Part shown: positions 24,401-35,500 of the stretch, in pieces
Layout: each line of letters starts with the position of its first letter
Numbering within the stretch: the first letter of the stretch is position 1
Assembly: GCA_002269645.1 (NCBI GenBank)
Contig: NIVC01000176.1
Span: forward strand, 248,001-312,000
DNA: 64,000 nucleotides
Direction of reading: 5' to 3'
Origin: Macrostomum lignano
Taxonomy: Eukaryota
Notes under the pieces: model-generated
What the model was told of the DNA's origin: nothing
The model's database searches: none
Seen by the model: the letters and a program-made list of their open reading frames with translations, nothing else
Translations under genes and position numbers: made by a program

Positions 24401-27400
24401 ATCCAAACCTGTGGAGGATTAGACACTGGGATAATCCAAACCTGTGGAGGATTAGACACTGGGATAATCCAAACCTGTGGAGGATTAGACACTGGGATAA
24501 TCCAAACCTGTGGAGGATTAGACACTGGGATAATCCAAACCTGTGGAGGATTAGACACTGGGATAATCCAAACCTGTGGAGGATTAGACACTGGGATAAT
24601 CCAAACCTGTGGAGGATTAGACACTGGGATAATCCAAACCTGTGGAGGATTAGACACTGGGATAATCCAAACCTGTGGAGGATTAGACACTGGGATAATC
24701 CAAACCTGTGGAGGATTAGACACTGGGATAATCCAAACCTGTGGAGGATTAGACACTGGGATAATCCAAACCTGTGGAGGATTAGACACTGGGATAACCA
24801 GTTCAGAATTGCCGCCCTAGCGCTGGTATATAAGAGTACTGTATTCTATATTTTGTGTGAACAATATTTCCGCATTTCAAATTCGAATCGCCAGCCCCAG
24901 GCTCAGGCTCAAGCGAGTCGCCGTTTCGCAGATGCCACCGAGCCCTGTCGGATTCGCTGAGCTCGCTGAAAGAGCTCGGCCACTTCTGCTGCTTCCGGGT
25001 GATGCAGATGTATGTCAAGGAGCTGAGCGATGTCATTCAGGGCGCATCCGGGCCGCTGAAACCGGAAGAGCAGGACGCTTTAAAAGAGACGCAACAGATT
25101 CTGCTGGATGCATCTGAGCAGTACAAGCTGAAGGCGCTATCAGCCCAGACTCCCGAGGATCTGTGCTCGGAGAAGTGTCTGAAGCTGATGGATTCGCTGA
25201 TAAAACATCACAAAGAACTGCCGGATGGTGAGGCTTTTAGAGCCGTGGTGTTCACACAGGAGCGGGTCATTGCGATGGCTGTGAAGGAGTTCATGTGCGA
25301 GGTTGGTGCAGTTACTGTTTGTGTGCAAGTTCGTCTTTGCAATCTAGCATCTGGTATTTGGGATCTGGAATCAAGCATCTGGTATTTGGGATCTGGAAAT
25401 CAAGCATCTGGTATTTGGGATCTGGAATCAAGCATCTGGTATTTGGGATCTGGAATCAAGCATCTGGTATTTGGGATCTGGAATCAAGCATCTGGTATTT
25501 GGGATCTGGAATCAAGCATCTGGTATTTGGGATCTGGAATCAAGCATCTGGTATTTGGGATCTGGAATCAAGCATCTGGTATTTGGGATCTGGAATCAAG
25601 CATCTGGTATTTGCAATCTAGCATCTGGTATTTGGGATCTGGAATCAAGCATCTGGTATTTGGGATCTGGAATCAAGCATCTGGTATTTGCAATCTAGCA
25701 TCTGGTATTTGGGATCTGGAATCAAGCATCTGGTATTTGGGATCTGGAATCAAGCATCTGGTATTTGGGATCTGGAATCAAGCATCTGGTATTTGGGATC
25801 TGGAATCAAGCATCTGGTATTTGGGATCTGGAATCAAGCATCTGGTATTTGGGATCTGGAATCAAGCATCTGGTATTTGCAATCTAGCATCTGGTATTTG
25901 GGATCTGGAATCAAGCATCTGGTATTTGGGATCTGGAATCAAGCATCTGGTATTTGCAATCTAGCATCTGGTATTTGGGATCTGGAATCAAGCATCTGGT
26001 ATTTGGGATCTGGAATCAAGCATCTGGTATTTGGGATCTGGAATCAAGCATCTGGTATTTGGGATCTGGAATCAAGCATCTGGTATTTGGGATCTGGAAT
26101 CAAGCATCTGGTATTTGGGATCTGGAATCAAGCATCTGGTATTTGGGATCTGGAATCAAGCATCTGGTATTTGGGATCTGGAATCAAGCATCTGGTATTT
26201 TGGATCTGGAATCAAGCATCTGGTATTTGGGATCTGGAATCAAGCATCTGGTATTTGGGATCTGGAATCAAGCATCTGGTATTTGGGATCTGGAATCAAG
26301 CATCTGGTATTTGGGATCTGGAATCTAGCATCTGGTATTTGCAATCTAGCATCTGGTATTTGGGATCTGGAATCAAGCATCTGGTATTTGGGATCTGGAA
26401 TCAAGCATCTGGTATTTGGGATCTGGAATCTAGCATCTGGTATTTGGGATCTGGAATCAAGCATCTGGTATTTGGGATCTGGAATCAAGCATCTGGTATT
26501 TGGGATCTGGAATCAAGCATCTGGTATTTGGGATCTGGAATCAAGCATCTGGTATTTGGGATCTGGAATCAAGCATCTGGTATTTGCAATCTAGCATCTG
26601 GTATTTGAGATCTGGAATCAAGCATCTGGTATTTGAGATCTGGAATCAAGCATCTGGTATTTGGGATCTGGAATCAAGCATCTGGTATTTGCAATCTAGC
26701 ATCTGGTATTTGAGATCTGGAATCAAGCATCTGGTATTTGAGATCTGGAATCAAGCATCTGGTGTTTGGGATCTGGAATCAAGCATCTAGTGTTTTGGAT
26801 CTAGCATCTGAGATCTGGGATCTCGAATCAAGCATCTGGTATTTGGGATCTGGAATCAAGCATCTAGTGTTTGGGATCTAGCATCTGAGATCTGGGATCT
26901 CGAATCAAGCATCTGGTATTTGGGATCTGGAATCAAGCATCTAGTGTTTTGGATCTAGCATCTGAGATCTGGGATCTCGAATCAAGCATCTGGTATTTGG
27001 GATCTGGAATCAAGCATCTAGTGTTTTGGATCTAGCATCTGAGATCTGGGATCTCGAATCAAGCATCTGGTATTTGGGATCTGGAATCAAGCATCTGGTA
27101 TTTGGGATCTGGAATCAAGCATCTGGTATTTGGGATCTGGAATCAAGCATCTAGTGTTTGGGATCTAGCATCTGAGATCTGGGATCTCGAATCAAGCATC
27201 TGGTATTTGGGATCTGGAATTAAGCATCTGGTATTTGGGATCAGGAAATCAAGCATCTGATATTTGGGACTTGAAAATCAAGCATCTGGTATTTGGGATT
27301 TGGAAATCAAGCATCGGGGATCTGGAAATAGCCTAAAATAACTGTCGAGTTTTGTTGCTACGCCAATTAAAAGATGACCGGCTACAAAAGCGACCTGAGC

Positions 27401-28895
27401 TTCCTCCGGCCTGAGTTCGTCACCGGTCACGGCCTGTCCAGCGAGCAGTCAAACCAGGTGGCGATGTCTCTATCCCAGCAGGACCGCGTGCTCAAGCAGT
27501 TCCGCACAGGAGAAGTCAACACACTCATTGCCACCCGAGTCATCGAGGAAGGCATGAACGTCCGGCAGTGCAATCTGGTCGTGAAGTTCAACTTCCCGCC
27601 AGAGTTTCGTTCCTACGTCCAGTCGAAAGGACGCGCCAGAGCTGTTAAGTCGCGTTACGTTATGCTGGTAAATGAGGACGAGGAGAACGACTGCAAGTCC
27701 AAGCTGGTCTATTATCAGTGGCTGGACGAAGCGGTTCAACGCAGCCTGCTTAAAATGCGGGCCGCTTTTGATGCCATGTCGGATGAGGACTCTGAGGTAA
27801 GACACTCGCTTTGGCGCCTCTGGTGCTGGCGCCTCTGGTGCTGGTGCCTCTGGTGCTGGCGCCTCTGGTGCTGGCGCCTCTGGTGCTGGCGCCTCTGGTG
27901 CTGGCGCCTCTGGTGCTGGCGCCTCTGGTGCTGGCGCCTCTGGTGCTGGCGCCTCTGGTGCTGGCGCCTCTGGTGCTGGCGCCTCTGGTGCTGGCGCCTC
28001 TGGTGCTGGCGCCTCTGGTGCTGGCGCCTCTGGTGCTGGCGCCTCTGGTGCTGGCGCCTCTGGTGCTGGCGCCTCTGGTGCTGGCGCCTCTGGTGCTGGC
28101 GCCTCTGGTGCTGGCGCCTCTGGTGCTGGCGCCTCTGGTGCTGGCGCCTCTGGTGCTGGCGCCTCTGGTGCTGGCGCCTCTGGTGCTGGCGCCTCTGGTG
28201 CTGGCGCCTCTGGTGCTGGCGCCTCTGGTGCTGGCGCCTCTGGTGCTGGCGCCTCTGGTGCTGGCGCCTCTGGTGCTGGCGCCTCTGGTGCTGGCGCCTC
28301 TGGTGCTGGCGCCTCTGGTGCTGGCGCCTCTGGTGCTGGCGCCTCTGGTGCTGGCGCCTCTGGATATGACTATGAGATAGGGATTGTTTTGAATTCGATT
28401 CTCTGTATTAGAATGAGTTTAGATGGTCTAGAATATCTCCTTTGAGAACGTTACCGTGACAAGAATCGCTAAAGAGTCATTGCTAACAACTCACTGGTGA
28501 CCCTAGAGACTCTGGGGCGACTCTTGTAACTTTTTAATGACTGAAGCGGCTATAAAGCGACGGAGAGGCGACTGTTGAGTCATGGATCTGCACTTCTTCT
28601 TAATCCATTCAGCCCGACGAATCAGGGGCGACGGCTTCAACAGCTGACGCCAGCGAAGGCGCCGCACCGCTGGACCTGAGCGTCCGGAGCGATCACCCGG
28701 CTTATTACGAAGTGGCCTCTACCGGAGCCAAAGTCGGGCTGAAGACTGCCGTGAGCCTGATTAACCGGTGTGTGCTCTGACATGACTGCCGACCTGCAGT
28801 TTTTATAAAAGACAAAGACAGACAGACAGACAGACAGACAGGCAGACAGACATGCAGACAGACAGACAGACAGACAGACAGGCAGACAGACATGC

Positions 28896-28966
<71 letters not shown>

Positions 28967-29049
28967 CAGACAGACTGACTGACAGACAGACAGATAAGCA
29001 GACAGACTGACTGACAGACAGACAGACAGACACAGACAGACAGACAGGC

Positions 29050-29108
<59 letters not shown>

Positions 29109-29177
29109 CAGACAGACTGACTGACAGACAGACAGACAAGCAGACAGACTGACTGACAGACAGACAGACAGACAGAC

Positions 29178-29254
<77 letters not shown>

Positions 29255-29255
29255 C

Positions 29256-29292
<37 letters not shown>

Positions 29293-29309
29293 CAGACAGA
29301 CAGACAGGC

Positions 29310-29364
<55 letters not shown>

Positions 29365-29433
29365 CAGACAGACTGACTGACAGACAGACAGACAAGCAGA
29401 CAGACTGACTGACAGACAGACAGACAGACAGAC

Positions 29434-29510
<77 letters not shown>

Positions 29511-29511
29511 C

Positions 29512-29548
<37 letters not shown>

Positions 29549-32500
29549 CAGTAACATCCGACTGATTCTCCAACCGCTTAGGTACACCACTAGGCTGGCC
29601 TCCATGGGCTGCACCAGGCCCCCATCGCCGTACTTCGACACCGCGCTGAACCCAACCTCGGGCCGCTATCGCTGCCGCCTGTTCCTGCCCAGGCCCTGCC
29701 CCATTGTGCAGCCGGTGCAGTGCCGGGGCGACCGACTCTCCGCCGATGATGCCAGACGATCTGCCGCTCTGGAGGCGGTGCGCCTCCTGCACAAGACGGG
29801 CGAACTGGACGATCACCTGCTGCCGAGTGAGCGGGAGGCTCGCTGCGCCGTGGAAGAACTGCGCAGCTACGAGCCGGGACAGGTGACACTGAGATTGATT
29901 TTCCAAAACCACTGTCTATTGCCTTTAAAAGCTTTTTCAGAAATTCACCTTTCAATATTCTCGGAATTTCCTATTTCTTAGATTCTTCTAAATCTCCTCT
30001 TTTCAAGGTTTTCCTAAATTTCCTCTCCAAGATTCTCTTAATTCCCCCTTCCCAAGATTCTCTTAATTCCCCATTCCCAAGATTCTCTTAATTCCCCCTT
30101 CCCAAGATTCTCTTTATTCCCCCTTCCCAAGATTCTTATAAAATTCTCTCTTTTCGAGGTTCTCCGAAATTCCCTCTTTCCGGAGATTCTCCAAAATTCC
30201 ATCTTTCCGAGATTCCACGACTCCACGGCCCCAGATTCACTTGCTTGAAATCCCCTTCACCAAGATTTGTACAGCACAAATTCTCCACACGTCTCATGCC
30301 TTGCAGGGCACGCGCGGCCGTCACGCCTGGCTGCCGAAACCCGTCGCCAGAGCCAGCAGCTCCTCAGCTGCCATCGGGCACCAGATTGCCTTCGACAGTG
30401 GCAGCGACAGCCACACCTCAACAGCAGCTCCACTGTTCTACTGTCACAGGCTGGACGTGAAGCTGCCGGGCCTTCACCTGCCCCCCTGCGACTGGCAGCC
30501 CGCCCTGCTTACCTGCGGCGCTCCGCTACCCGACAGCCTCGCTTTTCCGCTGTTTCTCGGATGCGAGCCGGCCGAATTCCGTCTAGGACCCGGCCAGGCG
30601 CTGAGGCTGACGGAGGGTCAACTGGCCCAGCTGGTTGCCGCCCAGGCGCCTCTGACCCGCCTGATGCTGCGGTGGCACGAGCCGGTGCAGATGAAGGGCC
30701 TGAGATTTTATTGGCCTCCTAGCGGCGGCGGGTGCGTCCGGAAGGAAGGGAGGAGGAAGGGGGGTTGTAGCCTAGTGGTTGGAGCGTCAGACTCACGACT
30801 GGAAGGTCGGGGGTTCGATTCCCGATCCTACTGGAACAATTTGTATCCTTGAGCAAGACAACTCAACTCTGCATTGCTTCAGTTCTCCCAGCTGTAAAAT
30901 GGGTGCCAGCATTAGCTGGGGTAATTGAGGCTGTGTGTGGCGACCCCCCAGTCCTTGGACTGAACAGCCGTACGCAGCCTTCAGATGCACCGCGCAATAG
31001 CTGCGGCTGAGCTGTCGGTTGCACATCTGCTCACTAAGGCAGATCTGAAGATTTACTGTCACAGCTGATAATAATCAATTATTATTATCATTATCATTAT
31101 TATTACTCTGAACAGCACGCGGATGATGGTAGACATGTTCTTAGGAATCTCAATTAATAGTTGCTTCAGCCCTCCATAAATTAACAGTAAAACAGTTTGC
31201 ATCAGCTCTGACTTTCTTGGTCACTGGCTTTTTACCCAGGCGGTGCTTCTGAACCTTCAAAAGAGGACACCAGACGACTATGAACGTCCTGTTGCGACTA
31301 TGTCAGATTTTTTTATCAAGCTTCTCAATAATGGGGCAAACCTAAACTGCCGGACATCCTTAGCTAGTCTCTTTAGTTCTCTTAAAATCTTCCCTTAGTA
31401 GTTCGACGGGCAGAAAGAAATCGAACCCCCGACCTTTCAGCCGTGGGTCCGACGCTCTAACCACTAGGCTTCAACCCTCCCTAGTATAAACAGTTTTTGT
31501 TTCCCTAAAAAACGTGTTGTACGAAACATATCGGTTTAATAATAATTAAATTGACTTCCTTCCCCATGACAGCCCCAATGAGGCAGAATCAGAGCACCCA
31601 GACGGAGCTGTGGAGCCCATCTGTCAGCTGATTGCGGTGGTTCGGAGCGATTTAGACAACCAGCCCAATGGCAGTATAGACTGGGACCTGCTCAGCCACC
31701 TGACCAGCCCGGACCCACTGATTGGACCGGCCATTGTGGAGGTCGCTGCCAATCGCGACGTGCTGAAGCCTGGAGTTCTGGTACAGCGGCTGCAGGACAG
31801 GGGGACAAAGTCCTGGTGAGTACAAACTACCACAGAGAATCTGTCCCATAAACTACCACAGAGAATCTACCCTAGAAACTACCACAGAGAATCTACCCCA
31901 TAAACTACCACAGAGAATCTGCCCCATAAACTACCATAGAGAATCTGCCCCATAAACTACCACAGAGAATCTGCCCCATAAACTACCATAGAGAATCTAC
32001 CCCATAAACTACCACAGAGAATCTACCCCATAAACTACCACAGAGAATCTACCCCATAAACTACCACAGAGAATCTGCCCCATAAACTACCATAGAGAAT
32101 CTACCCCATAAACTACCATACAGAATCTACCCCATAAGCTACCACAGAGAATCTACCCCATAAACTACCATAGAGAATCTACCCCATAAACTACCACAGA
32201 GAATCTACCCCAGAAACTACCACAGAGAATCTGCCCCATAAACTACCACAGAGAATCTGCCCCATAAACTACCACAGAGAATCTACCCCATAAACTACCA
32301 TAGAGAATCTACCCCATAAACTACCACAGAGAATCTACCCCATAAACTACCACAGAGAATCTACCCCATAAACTACCACAGAGAATCTACCCCATAAACT
32401 ACCACAGAGAATCTACCCCATAAACTACCATAGAGAATCTACCCCATAAACTACCATAGAGAATCTACCCCATAAGCTACCACAGAGAATCTACCCCATA

Positions 32501-35500
32501 AACTACCATAGAGAATCTACCCCATAAACTACCATAGAGAATCTACCCCATAAACTACCATAGAGAATCTACCCCATAAGCTACCACAGAGAATCTACCC
32601 CATAAACTACCATAGTGAATCTACCCCATAAACTACCACAGAGAATCTACCCCATAAACTACCATAGAGAATCTACCCCATAAGCTACCACAGAGAATCT
32701 ACCCCATAAACTACCATAGTGAATCTACCCCATAAACTACCACAGAATCTACCCTATAAATTACCACAGAGAATCTACCCTATAAACTACCTAAGAATCT
32801 GTTACTTATAAAGAATAGCAATTTTAAAATCCTGGCAACCCGGCCACCCCAGGCACTATGTGACCTCTATCCGACCCAACGGCCTGGTTGAGTTCAGCCG
32901 CACGCCCCATCTGGACGCTCTGGTGTACAACCCCAATGCAGCCAAAGGTCGCATGGCTCGCCTGCTATCTCGACAGAACAAGACCAGCGTTGACCGGGTT
33001 AGCCGCCTCTTGGCGATGCCCGGCATTCAAGTGCGACTTTGGTGTCAGCTGAGAGCCATGCCAGCCATTGTGTACCGGATTAACCAGCTGCTGCTAGGCT
33101 GCGAGCTCATGTCCCTGCTTCAATCGGCTCCGCTGTCAACTGGCTGCGCTGTGGATTCGAACCCGCGACTTATCTACTCTGGCTGTAGTCGTGCGGCTGA
33201 TCAGCAACTGTCTGTGGAACAGCGGGCTCTTATGAAGTTTGACGTTATGGAATGGATTGTTGCAAATGGGTGAGACTAGCTGACGGTTATCTATTCACTC
33301 TAATGCCTCATTTGGCCCTCTGACTCCTCAGTTGGCACTCTGATGCCTCACTTGGCACTCTGATCACTTGGCACTCTGATGCCTCACTTGGCACTCTGAT
33401 GCCTCACTTGGCACTCTGATGCCTCACTTGGCACTCTAAATGCCTTACTTGTCACTCTAATACCTCACTTGGCACTCTAAATGCCTTACTTGGCACTCTG
33501 ATGCCTTACTTGGCACTCTGATGCCCTACTTGGCACTCTGATGCCCCACTTGGCACTCTGATGCCTCACTTGGCTCTCTGATTCATCACTTGGCACTCTG
33601 ACTCCTCACTTGGCACTCTAATACCTTACTTGGCACTCTGATGCCTTACTTGGCACTCTAAATGCCCCACTTGGCACTCTAAATGCCTTACTTGGCACTC
33701 TGATACCTCACTTGGCACTCTAAATGCCTTACTTGGCACTCTAATGCCTTACTTGGCACTCTAAATGCCTTACTTGGCACTCTGATGCCTTACTTGGCAC
33801 TCTGATGCCTTACTTGGCACTCTGATGCCTTACTTGGCACTCTGATTCCTTACTTCGCACTCTGACTCCTCACTTCTCTTGCTCTACAGTATTGCATGTA
33901 ATCGCATTCCCAAATCTTTTGTTGCGCCAACTTCACTTCCGCCCCCCCCACCTGCCCCCTCCAGTTTCCGCTCCCCCGACAGCGGGTCAGGTCTGACCCT
34001 CACCGGCTGCCTCCAAGCGGTCACGCTGACCCACGCCAACGACTTTCACAGCATGGAGCTGTTGGAGACCCTGGGCGATGCTCGGCTGAAATTCACCGTC
34101 AGCACCCGCCTGTTCCATGATAGCGACCACACCGTGTCGGAGGGCCGCCTCACCCGGCTGCGAATGCGTGAGATTCGCAATGCTTTCCTGCACTGTGCGG
34201 CCAAGGAGAAGCGTCTGCATCGCTTCGTGTTCGCTCAGGTAGGTTGGGTACAGGTGTGGCTTGATTAGGGACAGGTGTGGCTTGATTAGGGACAGGTGTG
34301 GCTTCATTAGGGACAGATGTGGCTTAGTTAGGGACAGCTGTGGCTTGATTAGGGACAGGTGTGGCTTGATTAGGGACATGTGTGGCTTAGTGAGGGACAG
34401 GTGTGGCTTAGTTAGGGACAGGTGTGGCTTGATTAGGGACAGGTGTGGCTTGATTAGGGACAGGTGTGGCTTGATTAGGGACAGGTGTGGCTTGATTAGG
34501 GACAGGTGTGGCTTGATTAGGGACAGGTGTGGCTTGATTAGGGACAGGTGTGGCTTGATTAGGGACAGATGTAGCTTAGTTAGGGACAGGTGTGGCTTAG
34601 TTAGGGACAGATGTAGCTTAGTGATGGACAGGTGTGGCTTAGTGATGGACAGGTGGGGACCTACTTAAGTCACCTACGGAATAATTAGGTAAGGTGAGGC
34701 ACTGAAGAATTTCTGCTCCGACGCATGCAGGACGCCAACAAGCCGGAGAACTATCAGCCGCCGTGCGCCCGACCCGACGCCGACCCCACCGCCGACGCTA
34801 GCTCTGCCAACCGACGCTGGTGCTGCAATTTGGCCGACAAAAGTGTCGCTGACGTGGCCGAAGCTCTGACTGGCCTCATCCTGTCTGCCTGCGGTGGCGA
34901 CGCCGCCGACGCCTTCTTGCGCTGGCTCGGCGTTCCATCGGCCTCGCTGCCGACCCCGGCGGAACCGGCCGCTACGACGCTTCTGTTGCCGGGCGAAATC
35001 GGCGTCGAATCACCCGATTTTGTTAAGTTTTGGGGGATGGCGGATCTCGACCAGCTGGAGGTGAAGCTCGGCTACAAGTTTCGTCGGCGAGAGTTTCTCC
35101 TGTCGGCTGTGACTCACTCGACATTCACGTGGAATCACGTGACCGACTGCTACCAACGATTGGAGTTCCTTGGCGATGCCGTTATTGATTATTTGGTGAC
35201 GCATTACGCTGTCTGCGACTGCATGGACACTGGCTCGCCGGGTGAGTCCCGCGTGTGACTCTGATTGGCTGTCATTTCAGTTGGACCATTCTGATTGGCT
35301 GTCATTTCAGTTGGACCATTCTGATTGGCTGTCATTCCATTTGGACTATTCTGATTGGCTGTCATTTCAGTTGGACTATTCTGATTGGCTGTCATTCCAG
35401 TTGGACTATTCTGATTGGCTGTCATTCCAGTTGGACCATTCTGATTGGCTGTCATTTCAGTTGGACTATTCTGATTGGCTGTCATTCCAGTTGGACTATT

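Noticed and set aside
30761-30830. tRNA genes (also 31418-31478 and 45134-45205)
   Set aside because: A/B boxes are present, but there is no complete acceptor stem and the heads continue into a shared SINE body.
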